A stretch of DNA of 55,768 bases from Folioceros fuciformis (taxonomy: Eukaryota): the NCBI GenBank assembly GCA_049999805.1, contig JBNGIO010006380.1:614735-670502 (forward strand), read 5' to 3'. Under the pieces are notes generated by a model that was not told the origin of the DNA, did no database searches, and worked only from the letters and a program-made list of their open reading frames with translations. Shown one piece after another: positions 23,373 to 33,860 of the stretch. A program made the translations under genes and the position numbers. Numbering within the stretch: position 1 is the first letter of the stretch; each line of letters begins with the position of its first letter.

Positions 23373-24491
23373 ATGGAGGCTCCGGGACCTGCCCCGACGG
23401 AAGCAGCGACAGCCTCAGCTCCGACGAGAGGTAGGAAGAAGCAGAATGTGGCAACAGCAGGGCAGCGGAAAGCTGGGAGGGGAAGGGATACGGGCGAGGT
23501 GCGGCCCGATGGAGGAGGCCAGGCTGCTCCCGACCGGGAAGCGCAGCCAGCTGCTCGCGAGAAGCGGGCCACGGCGAAGGATGTCGGGACGAAGAAACGG
23601 AAGAGCATGGACACGCAAGAGGCCTTGGAAGTGGAAGGTGCGGACCCGCAGCGAATGAAGATGACCGACCTGATACGGCGTGCGGAGGCGCAGGAGAGGC
23701 TCAAGGCGAAGGACAATCCTACCACGAAGGCGGCGCCGAAGAAGCGTGCGGCGCGAGTGAGGAATGCGCAGCCGCAGCCGCAGCCGGTGGAGAATGTGCC
23801 CCTGGCGGTTCCGCAAGTTCAGGTTGTCGATGGAAGAATTGTCCTGAACGAGGAGAGCCTGGTGATATCGTCGCACGGCACCGACGGTCAGAACTGGGAA
23901 GGCTACACCAGGGTGGAGGAAATCGGGTCCACGCTGAACTACCACAGCTACAGCAAGCGCAAACCGGTCAGCAGGTGGAAGCCTGAAGAGACTGCCAGAT
24001 TCTACAGGGCGTTGGAGCAATTCGGGACTGATTTTGGCATAATCGAGCGCCTGTTCCCCAGCCGAACACGGCGGCAGGTGAAGGCCAAGTACAAGACGGA
24101 GGAGAGGCTGAATCCTCGCCGCTTGGACGACGCCGTCAGCCGCGCGTCCCGGGGACCTGTGTATCACCGTGACCTGGTTGAGATGTTGACTGCCCCGGCC
24201 GCGGATGAGGTGGAGGCTGTTGTTGATGGAAATGAGGGAACGATGTCGCAGGATGCAGCGGGCGAGGTTGCTGCAGCCCCGCACAGGGAGCCTGAAATGG
24301 GACGGTGTGGAGAGCCTGAGATATTACACCCAGAGGGTCCTGATGGAGAAGGGCAAGTGGAGAATCACCAGGACGAGCTCGAGGCAGCAGCGCCTGAAAA
24401 CAGATTCCCATCCGTCTCGGCCTCCCCGGAGCCTGAGGATGGCGTATTAGATCCTCCTGATTCCCCTGAGATCCCCATGTTCAGTTATTGA
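23373..24491 (+). CDS. BDP1: TFIIIB B''/BDP1-like SANT-domain protein, single exon
   Basis: PQVQVVDGRIVLNEESLVI followed by the SANT domain RWKPEETARFYRALEQFGTDFGIIERLFPSRTRRQVKAKYKTEERLNP. Confidence 0.88.
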   Translation: MEAPGPAPTEAATASAPTRGRKKQNVATAGQRKAGRGRDTGEVRPDGGGQAAPDREAQPAAREKRATAKDVGTKKRKSMDTQEALEVEGADPQRMKMTDLIRRAEAQERLKAKDNPTTKAAPKKRAARVRNAQPQPQPVENVPLAVPQVQVVDGRIVLNEESLVISSHGTDGQNWEGYTRVEEIGSTLNYHSYSKRKPVSRWKPEETARFYRALEQFGTDFGIIERLFPSRTRRQVKAKYKTEERLNPRRLDDAVSRASRGPVYHRDLVEMLTAPAADEVEAVVDGNEGTMSQDAAGEVAAAPHREPEMGRCGEPEILHPEGPDGEGQVENHQDELEAAAPENRFPSVSASPEPEDGVLDPPDSPEIPMFSY

Positions 24492-24847
24492 GAGCTATGG
24501 CACACAGATTCTGCTCTGGCAGACAGATTCTTCACCTCCTTTCGTGGAGTTAACACTTCGTTCGGAAGTTTGGCCATTTGTACATGTTTGTAAGTACTGT
24601 ATCTGCAATATGACTACCTGTATCACTGAGAATTCCACAACCGTGTCTTGATTTAGGCAGCAGCGCAACATTCAGCCTAAATCTTGGACGGAGATATCAA
24701 GTGGCATACCTTAGAAGCTCCAGGCAAGCTAGAGGATATGGGTTCGATTCCCATAGTGGCACACAGGCCCATGCCCATTAACCATATCTACTTTTTCATA
24801 ATAATAAACTGAAATACAACAAAGACATCTACAAAAAATACGTATAT

Positions 24848-27800
24848 CTACATTTGTGGTCTCGTTTGCACAATGTACAGCTCTCCGTTCTTGATAACAC
24901 CTTCGATGTCTTGAGCAGTGCCCAACAACTTCTCGACAGCTGACCCAACTTCAGCGATCTTGGTGAGGATTTGCTTTTGGAACTCGGTGTCCAACAGCAG
25001 CTTGTCAGTGGAGTAATCCACAGCCTTTTCCTCCTCGTGATCCATGGGCACACTGTCATACAAACCAGCGCCGGCGTATCCTTCGAGGTCTTCTCCGTTT
25101 GAATCAGACCGGAAGATGATAGACTGCTTGATGAACAAGCCTATTCGTTTGCTGGGGTAGCCAAGAACCGTAGGAGCCTTCAAGTTTGTCTTCTTTGTCA
25201 CGAAGCTCAGCGCACGCCCAGAGTAGGCACCCACAAGAGTCTCCCCGAGACCCTTCACCACCTCAGCGTAAATCTCGGATGCATCACCATTTGCCGGGTT
25301 AGTTGTGTGGATGACGAAGGCGTAATCTGCTTGAATCACTTCCTGAACTAGGACCGCCATGCAGAGGTCAGAATGATCGATTCCTGCCTTCCTGGTGCTG
25401 AAGTAGGCTCTTTCATTCCACTTGGACCCCCACACCTTCTTGATGGCCGTCCATGCCAGCTGCCATCTCTTGTCACCCTCGTCCCCGGGCCACGGCATGT
25501 TGGAGCCCTTCATCGCGGTTTTGAGCTCCTCGATCAGCTGGGGTGGGGGTTGCAGCTTCAAGCAGATCTCTCGGGCCTCCTTCAATCGGTGGAAATCGCC
25601 AGCCTGCAACTTCTTACTCAGAGCAGCAAGCTCATCTGCGACTCCACGGTTGATGCTCTCAGACAGCACCTTCTCGAAAGTTCCGAACGGCAGAGCCACA
25701 GACGTCGGCAATTTTACCCACGACGGCACTTTGCCCCTCAAGTTAGCGATGTTCCGAGACTTGGCGCCCACCAGCTCAGGGTTGAACTGCTCTGCTGTAA
25801 TGGCATACTTCCCGGCGAACTTCTTCTTCTTCAACACTATGTGCGGCGGTGGGGCATCGACAAATCCTGCTGCGCCGCCGTGCTTGGACACCTCTGCGTC
25901 CGTTATTTCAGAGTATGCAAGACTGCCACCTTTCAGCTGGATGCTGATAGCCTTGCCCTTCTTCTTCCGCAGATCAGCCAGCACATCTGGGTCAAAGCAT
26001 GTGGCGAAGCACACCTTGCCATTGCGGGCACGCACGGACACATGCGAAAGCACATCCGGCATGTCGGGAGTGAGAACGGCAACAGCACCGTCGGGAATCT
26101 CCTCTTCCCCCTTCACCCTTCCCGAAACCAAGATGGTGGGTTTACCGTATCTCTTATCCTCCACCTCACCGAGTTCGCCCACAACTTCAACGAACCCCCG
26201 TACTTCCACCGGACTGATAACCTGCCAACTCCCAAGATGCGCAATATTCCGCAGAGTAGGATCAAGCAGATTCGCCAACTGCGACAGAGACGCAGCAGAT
26301 CCCGCTCGAATCATCTCCTCCGTAAAGATCTCAATCGCCCACTTTTCCACCCCCAAACGACCACCCAGATACTCTGCAGAAGGCTGCAGAATTGTCTGGT
26401 AGTATTCAGCTTTGTCGGCTAGTATAAGTCTCGTCCTGTCGAGCACCGCCTTGGCCCTCAACGCCCACTGGTCAGCCCCAGCCTTACACAGCTCCAGGAT
26501 ATGGTACCAGTCCTTCAAACAGTACACAAGCTCCTCATTATCGGACACCGACAGGGCCAAGTTCTCCACCACCAAACTGATCACCAGAATCAAATCAGCA
26601 GGCGACGCTTTCCTAAACGACTCCAACCCGCGCTCCACCGCAGTTCGCACGGTGGAATCCAATGCCAGGTCCAGAAAAATGATGTCCCTCAGCCTGTCAT
26701 GGGCAGTCTGCAACGTGGGGCGCAGCTCCCTCCTCGCCTCCAACAAGCCCTCAATCAGCGGCAGAGTTTGCTGATCCTCCACATGCTCCAACACAAACTG
26801 CAGCAATCCAGGCAGATCCGACGACAACCCACTGATAGGATGAATCTTCACTCCACCCATAAAACCCTTCCCCTCTGCAGTATACCCCATACAAGTCTCT
26901 ATCGCAGACTCCAAGTCCGCCCCGGAATGCACCGCCTTCAACGTCCTCATGTAAGCAGTCAGATCCCTCACAAGCCCGTCCTTCTGATCATGCCTGAACT
27001 TGGGCTCCGACACAATCGGCCTGTCATAACTCGCCAACCTCTGCTTCGAGATCCCATTATCTGTCAGAGTCTTCCAGTACGCATCCATACTAAAATCACT
27101 CTGAATATGATCCAACAACGCCTGGCATATCACCACATCGTCCGGACTCGTGTTGTTGTGCAACTTCTGATGCCACTCCTCCATCATCCCCCCCGAACAA
27201 TCATTGTTCCTCTGAATGACAAGAATCTCATCCCGGATCCGCTGCCCAACATCCCCCTGGCCCCCCCTCCCCACAGTCGCCATAATCAACCTCACCATCT
27301 CCCGATTCTCCGGCTGCTCCCTGTACGTCTCCTGCAACAAATTCGTCAGCCTATCCTGCGCAGCACTGACCTGCCTGGGCTTCACATTGTAATTCCTGTT
27401 CCATGTCAGCTGCCTGGTAGCCATAAACCTAAGCCACACCAACATCCNNNNNNNNNNNNNNNNNNNNNNNNNNNNNNNNNNNNNNNNNNNNNNNNNNNNN
27501 NNNNNNNNNNNNNNNNNNNNNNNNNNNNNNNNNNNNNNNNNNNNNNNGCTGCTCCCTGTACGTCTCCTGCAACAAATTCGTCAGCCTATCCTGCGCAGCA
27601 CTGATCTCCCTGGGCTTCACATTGTAATTCCTGTTCCATGTCAGCTGCCTGGTAGCCATAAACCTAAGCCACACCAACATCCCAGCCAAAGCCAACTCCC
27701 CCTCCCTCTTCGCTCTCTCAGCAAACCCGGCAGCAATGTTGTACCGATGCATCAACGATCTCTCCGCCTCGCTCTCCTGGTCAGCAACATCATCCAAAAA

Positions 27801-29384
27801 CGACTTGGCCGTGCCCTCCCCGCCCCCGGCCTTGGCCGCTGCCTTCGCAGCAGCAGCCTGGAACGAAACATAGAAATCCGACCCACTATCCTTATACCAA
27901 TTCCCCCCAACCCTGAACACAAACGGCATCCCCACATATCCACCATCGCCCACAGGAATCTCCACCGACTGCAGCCCGCCATCTCCCGCAAACCCTACTT
28001 TGAACGGCGTCTCGCACGCGCTGGGCCCTAAATTGGAGTCGGCAGGAACAATGTCCTTGGGCGGAGCTAGCCATTCCCGAGCATGTTCCTTGGACAACGC
28101 CCAATGCAACGCCACAGGGTCCTTGATGTTGGTGGCCAGCCTCACCTTCAGAACCCCTTCCGGATTCGTCACCAAAACCAGTAGCTCCTGCCCGTCCCCG
28201 AACCTGAACATCTTCTTCAGCACCACCTTCCCCTGATCCGCCCCCTCCATCACCTCCGCCCCAAGCTCCAGGGGCGTGGGCTGCCTGGGAGGCGGAGGCG
28301 CTGCCGCCGCCGCCTTCCCGCCGCCTTTCACAACTTTGTTGACCAGCTCCACCGGATCTCGACTCTTCCGCTTAACATGCGCCACGGGCACCTCCTTCTC
28401 CTTCTTGGGACTCCCGTTCTCGCTTCCCTTGTCCTGCGCGGCTCCATTCTCCGCCGCGGCTGCCGCCCCGTTCCCGTTGCTCCCGCTGCCGGCATCCTTT
28501 GCGAGAAGCTTCCGCCTGAGCGCGTCGACAGAGGTCCCCTGTGCGACCTCCTCCTGGAGCTCTCTCCTGGCCTCCTCGTACTCCACCTTCTCCTGCTCCG
28601 GGGAGTAGCTCTGCTTCCCTCTGCGCTCCCACCGGAGGTACGCCTGCACCTGGACGAGCTCCTCCGGGAGCTGGATCTGGCTCACGTCCTGCTGCGGGCG
28701 GGGTATTTCCACCCGGAAGTTGCCGCCGTCCAGCTTGAACCAGGCGTTCTTGGCCTCGTCCTTAATGAGGAACTCGATGGCGTTGAGCGCGGGGTCTGTG
28801 AGCTCTATCTTGAGGGCCAGCCCGGCGTCGTCCTTACCGAAGCGGGTCTGGAGGGCCTTGCCCTTATAGTCCGAGGTTCCAGGGGGGCGGGAACCCGGGA
28901 GCAGCCATCCCGTGGACCCCTCCCTGGTGGCGCCCCAGTGCAGAAGGAGCGCGCCCCCGGAGTAGCCCTCCACGCGCACTTCCACCAGGGCGGGCGCGCC
29001 ATTCCCGGCCCCGACCGCCTGCACCTTCACCCTAGCGCCCCCGTCCAGCGCGAATTCCCTCGTTACCCCGACTCCGCGGTCCGTGGCGATCACCGCCCTG
29101 GCCGCCCCGCCTCGCTTCACCCGAGCTCTCTCCGATCTCCCCTTGGCGGCCCGCAGCGGCAGAGGGAGCGGTGTCCCGGCCAAGAACCCACCTCGCAGAC
29201 TCCGCGGCGAGGACGAGGACGGGGACGGGGAGCAGCAGCCGGGGCAGGAGCTCTGCCTCCTGCACGCCGCCGCGCTCACCACCACCGTCTTCCCCCCAAC
29301 ATCCCCCCCCTGCTGCCCCTGCTGGCGCTGTATCTGCACAAAGCCTAGCTGCGATGCTGACCCCGCCCGCAGCGCCTGCATCAT
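24848..29384 (-). CDS. GWD1: Alpha-glucan water dikinase (GWD1/SEX1-like), apparently intronless, with an assembly gap at 27448-27547
   Basis: Transit-peptide-like N-terminus, two CBM45-like modules (LLLHWG, VALHWA), QAYLRWERRGK, phospho-His motif DVLSHVSVRARN, CFATC, SDSNGEDLEGYAGAGLYDS and the C-terminus VQTRPQM. Confidence 0.95.
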
Positions 29385-30537
29385 TCCCCTCCCCGAGTAT
29401 CAGGCAAGGCGAGTCCTCCAACCAGCGGCTTCAGCGATCCCAAAGCGGGCTGTTCCCAGAGCCGATTCGACTCTACTCGACCCGACTCACTCGACTTGAC
29501 TCGGCCTGAACCAGACTGTTGAGAGAATGTCACGACAAAATAGGATCAGTGCCGACCACGCCCTCTCTGCCGAGGTGGGCGAGCCCAGCCAGGCCGAAGC
29601 TTCTGCGAAGGAACTGGGAAAGGGAAAAGGAAAAGGGAAAGAGGGAATGCAACAGGTGTGGGATGGAACGGAAGGAACAGGACCAGGAGGGACCGGTGCC
29701 GGGACAGCAGCGATGGCGTCTCTCAGTGTCTCACAACTGGAGATGAACGCTTTCGCTATTTGAGCCCGGATTGCACTCGTTTGGATCTTTTGGATTTCCA
29801 CGTGTCGAGATATATCAGGGGCATTGGCCGGCTGAGGTTCACATTGCCCGCCACCCTTTGCCCATCTAGAATCTGGCCACCTGTCACCTGCCTTGCTGGA
29901 GATTCACGACACGCGTCCCGGCCTCAACTGCATGCCAGCCTCTCCCTCTCTGCCTTCACAATTGACTCGACACTTGCGCTGCTTTCATTCACCCTCCCGA
30001 CCCCGTGTCTTCCATGGACAAGGCCGTAATATTCATTCCCAGGCCCACAGGCCGGAGCTTGAATGATGCAGGTGAAATGTTTTTCTACTATATGTGTATT
30101 CCTTCTTCCGTGGTCCTCCAGACTCTCCAAACCGAGCTAACATTGGCTGGCGGCTCTCCCTCAAGCTTCGCGTGTCCTTGCGCGGTCCGAGGAAGGTACC
30201 TGAATACCGAAGAAGAAGATAGAAGCACTGCTTTCTTCGTTTTTTGCCGAGAGCAAGCAAGCCAAATAAGCATTACTTAGCCAAGAGCCTAGTGTGCACT
30301 TATAGAAACAGATTATATAGCCAAAAACTTACAAAACGTGGTTAGTTACTTATGGAGGAACATGGAGGGATAGGATACACAAGTGGGCAAGAATGATTAA
30401 GTAGAAGAAGTTGTCAAAGACAAATCGAGTGGAGAAGGAGGAGGAGGAGTACAGCTTCCAAATTTCATTTTCAATTTGATTCGATCAAGAGCTATGTTGC
30501 AAAGACAATGTTCATGAAGTGATTAAGAGGGAAAAAG

Positions 30538-30900
30538 TTGTTCATCTCAATGGGTGAAGTATCAGGTGTAGTACCCAACATGAAGCATTGTTCATCTCCA
30601 TGGATGAAGTACAATGTGTGATACCCACCAGGAAGAATTGCTCATCTCCATGGATGAAGCATAAGGTGTAGCACCCAACACAAAAGAAGAATTGTTCATC
30701 TCCAAAGATGGAGTATAAAGTGTAGTACGCAACACAAAAGAAGAATTGTTCATCTCCATGGATGGAGTATAAGGTGTAGTACCCAACACAAAGGAAGAAT
30801 TGTTCATCTCCATGGATGCAGCATAAGGTGTAGTACCCAAAACAAAGGAAGAATTGTTCATCTTCATGGATGAAGTATAAGGTGTAGTACCCAACATGAA
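30538..30900. repeat. Minisatellite, ~7 units of 50-54 bp
   Basis: Core ttgttcatctccatggatg...taaggtgtagtacccaac starts at 30538, 30588, 30638, 30692, 30746, 30800 and 30854. Confidence 0.93.
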
Positions 30901-31091
30901 GATCTATGTCATTAGGAGGCAATTTTGTACTTCTATAGCCCCAAGCCTTATCACCTTTGAACACCTATGTTTATAAGTGAATACTACTTAGTGTGTTCAA
31001 ACTCCAATAGCCCTTCAAGCCAACATACAGCATCTTGAAATCATATTCCTAGACAATTAAAGCAACCTAGGTGTGAGAATCATGTAGCTGA

Positions 31092-33173
31092 TCATTTCTG
31101 TGTCCACGAGTTTACATCCGGGAAACACTCTCTCTGGTTCTCCATGGTTATGTATTCCCATCTATTGGTGACATTGGTGTAATCAAATAAAGGATGAAGG
31201 TGGGTCTGTTGAAACTCTTTGTCAAATACTTTCTCATCGTTGATTGCTTCAGCGATTTCAGGCAAGGTAGCTTCATGAGCAGCCCATTGTCCAAGCCATT
31301 GTACAGTTTCTGTGTCCATGCCAGGGGAAGATTTCCCAACTCGAGGATCAAAGGTTTGAGGATAAGCTCTATGGGACTTGCTTGTCAAGAGCAGATTTTC
31401 CATGGGAAAGTTGTTCTTTTCTAGCCAAGTTGCAACTCCACCAATGTTTTCACCTATGAGTTCTAGTTTCTTAGACCAGGACATCCTTTCACTTGGTTTT
31501 TCATGAGAAAAGTATATTCTTTCAATTTTCTCACGAATGCCTTCCATAAGGCTCCGAAGCCATAATACCATCATAGGCTTCTCAACTCGTTGGCTCTTTC
31601 TTTGATAAAGGCTCAAGTCAGCTTTGATTTTTGGATCTCTTTCAAGATACAAAGCATACATGTCATTGTCTGAATTGACTTCATGGATTTCTTGCAACGT
31701 TGTTGCAATATCTTTCTCCACCTCTTTCAAGTTCTCTAAATTCTCTAAGTGTAATTTCTTCTCTAACAATGTCAATCTTTCTAAGTGTTCATCCCAAGTC
31801 TTGTCAGATAAGCTAATTGCATCTCTAATTTCTGCTACATGAAGTGCAAAAGTAGTTAACAATGCAAAGTTCAACTTGTAGTCAATAATCCTCACAGGCA
31901 AACCACAATCTTTTGAAATCCTTTTCGCCTTATCGAGATCACGATTAGGCAGAAACAAACTATTACTCTCTTCACAAACAAGATGCCAATTAACAATATC
32001 GCGTTCTAAAGTGAACACACTTAACCTATCTCGAATTTCTATTAGATATTTTTGCATTAAACTACTTATATCTTTTAGACTATTTTTAAGTTTCACTAAG
32101 TGACCATAAGTTTTAGCCACATTTAAGAGGGACCCATTAAGCTTATGTTCGACTATTAGAGCAGCATTTTCGTAGTTAGTCCATTCTTCAACTGATCTCA
32201 AAGATGTGCTAAACTGAGGTGACAAAAAAGTTTGGTAACAATCAACATGATGTAAGGAGTGCAAGTTAGCTCTTCCCAAGAAGCTATTGACTTGTTTTGA
32301 TATCAAGTTTGAAACAACATACTTCCCAAGTAGTTGATTGCTGTGATCCAAGTTAATACATTCCATACATTCAGCAAAAATTAAAATGCACTTAACATTT
32401 GACAACTTTAATTTCGACAAAGGGCGTTCAATTCTTGCTTGATCAAGGAACGGTATAACATTAGAATGAGAAGCTTTAAAAGGCTGTTTTGGCTCCAAGT
32501 TGGTCTTATCTACTTTGTTGTTACTTCTAAGTTGTTGTGAGATACAGTCTTGTTGGTGTCTAATTGATTGTATTGCGGAAGCAAATTTTGGAAATATTTT
32601 TGTTTCTTGAAAAAAAGTATTACTTGCTTCATTAAATGCGAAGTAAGGCACCATGAATAATGCATCCAACCACTCTTCATTGTATTTTTTATTTTCAAAA
32701 TATTTGGAATCCAACACTCTTTTTTCTAACGTTGGTATGTGCAAGTGCAAGTTTTTTATGCTCTTTGCCTTGATATCTTCAAGGAAACGAGAAAGAATGT
32801 AATTAGCTTTATTTGGTCCTAAAATTTCTATTAATTTACTACAATGTTCTTGTATATATTGTTGAATATAGGGTAGACTAGCCCAGTATTCATAACTAGC
32901 ATTCTTGCTTCGTTTCCATGCTTCATGGAAATTCTGAGGTAATTGATTTTTTTTGAAGATTTTTTTCAATTGAGTTTTGTTATTTCGAATTAAAAGATTG
33001 GTTTCTACTTTGTAGAAGAGACATTCTCTAGCTTTGTTTAGGCTTTTTGTGTGGTAATTGGGCCAATGTGGTGTTTGAACATCACTAGTATAGTTTCGTT
33101 CAATAACTTGTGTATTTGTGTAATATTTTCTCAATGAATATTCAAAGTATTGAGGAAGATCCATTCCTTTCAA
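31092..33173 (-). CDS. AT-rich intronless orphan ORF (693 aa; first ATG ~33164), function unknown
   Basis: A 2-kb stop-free frame in AT-rich DNA is unlikely by chance. There is a predicted coiled coil (LERLTLLEKKLHLENLENLKEVEKDI). No domain recognised. Confidence 0.6.
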   Translation of the reverse strand: MKGMDLPQYFEYSLRKYYTNTQVIERNYTSDVQTPHWPNYHTKSLNKARECLFYKVETNLLIRNNKTQLKKIFKKNQLPQNFHEAWKRSKNASYEYWASLPYIQQYIQEHCSKLIEILGPNKANYILSRFLEDIKAKSIKNLHLHIPTLEKRVLDSKYFENKKYNEEWLDALFMVPYFAFNEASNTFFQETKIFPKFASAIQSIRHQQDCISQQLRSNNKVDKTNLEPKQPFKASHSNVIPFLDQARIERPLSKLKLSNVKCILIFAECMECINLDHSNQLLGKYVVSNLISKQVNSFLGRANLHSLHHVDCYQTFLSPQFSTSLRSVEEWTNYENAALIVEHKLNGSLLNVAKTYGHLVKLKNSLKDISSLMQKYLIEIRDRLSVFTLERDIVNWHLVCEESNSLFLPNRDLDKAKRISKDCGLPVRIIDYKLNFALLTTFALHVAEIRDAISLSDKTWDEHLERLTLLEKKLHLENLENLKEVEKDIATTLQEIHEVNSDNDMYALYLERDPKIKADLSLYQRKSQRVEKPMMVLWLRSLMEGIREKIERIYFSHEKPSERMSWSKKLELIGENIGGVATWLEKNNFPMENLLLTSKSHRAYPQTFDPRVGKSSPGMDTETVQWLGQWAAHEATLPEIAEAINDEKVFDKEFQQTHLHPLFDYTNVTNRWEYITMENQRECFPDVNSWTQK

Positions 33174-33434
33174 TTTATGAAGTAGGTAAGTAGATTTTAC
33201 TTGTTTTTAAAGTCATCTCAAACTGAGGTTTACTATTGCTCTGGTTTGCTCTCAACTTTGTATATGGGTTGGGTGAGAGCCATGGAACCTTGGCCTCTAA
33301 ACTTTCAGTCCTTATCAAGGAGTGTTTGAAAGTCTATCACACTCACAAGGATAGGCTTCTGCAGCATCTTTTGGCAACATCTGCGCTATCTACAAAGAAA
33401 AGCTTCATCCACATGGTGGTAGGTTGACCCTTTG

Positions 33435-33538
33435 TCGTTTCACACACCAAGAAATATGGGAGCCGGTGTTAGGTAGGTAGGCAGGCTATTCATCGTTTCA
33501 CACACCACGACATATTGGAGCCGTAAGTAGGTAGGTAG
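33435..33538 (+). repeat. Imperfect direct repeat pair (~45 bp)
   Basis: tcgtttcacacacca..a.atat.ggagccg....taggtaggtag occurs at ~33435 and ~33494. Confidence 0.8.
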
Positions 33539-33860
33539 AGGAGTCGATTTCCGTGGGACTAATCCCGCTAATGGTGCTCGATCGTAGCCCTCTTCATGAA
33601 GGATTAAAATACATCTGACTACAAATCCGACATCGAGAAACTATGCCACGTGGGGCTTGCAGGCTCAGACAAATTTCGACGTGTGGCTTGTGCATTGCTC
33701 AGCTGCCAGTACATCTCGTGCGAGATCGTGCTTTGCTCTTCCCAGGTTTTCTGAGATTGTCCATCCAACTTGGTGGAGTGGCCCTGTGATTGCTGGGTTC
33801 TCTTGTTCCCGATTCGCTTGTGGGTGGTGCCAGTTTGCACGTACTGTCGAGGTGAGGAGA

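Noticed and set aside
24695-24765. Functional tRNA gene
   Set aside because: Only the T-arm is well formed, with no acceptor stem or D-arm. Kept only as a tRNA-like finding.
25373-29348. Long + strand ORFs (349, 326, 367 and 323 aa)
   Set aside because: Antisense shadows of GWD1 caused by its biased codon usage.
30542-30964. 140-aa repetitive ORF as a gene
   Set aside because: Explained by the 54-bp minisatellite period, with no independent coding evidence.
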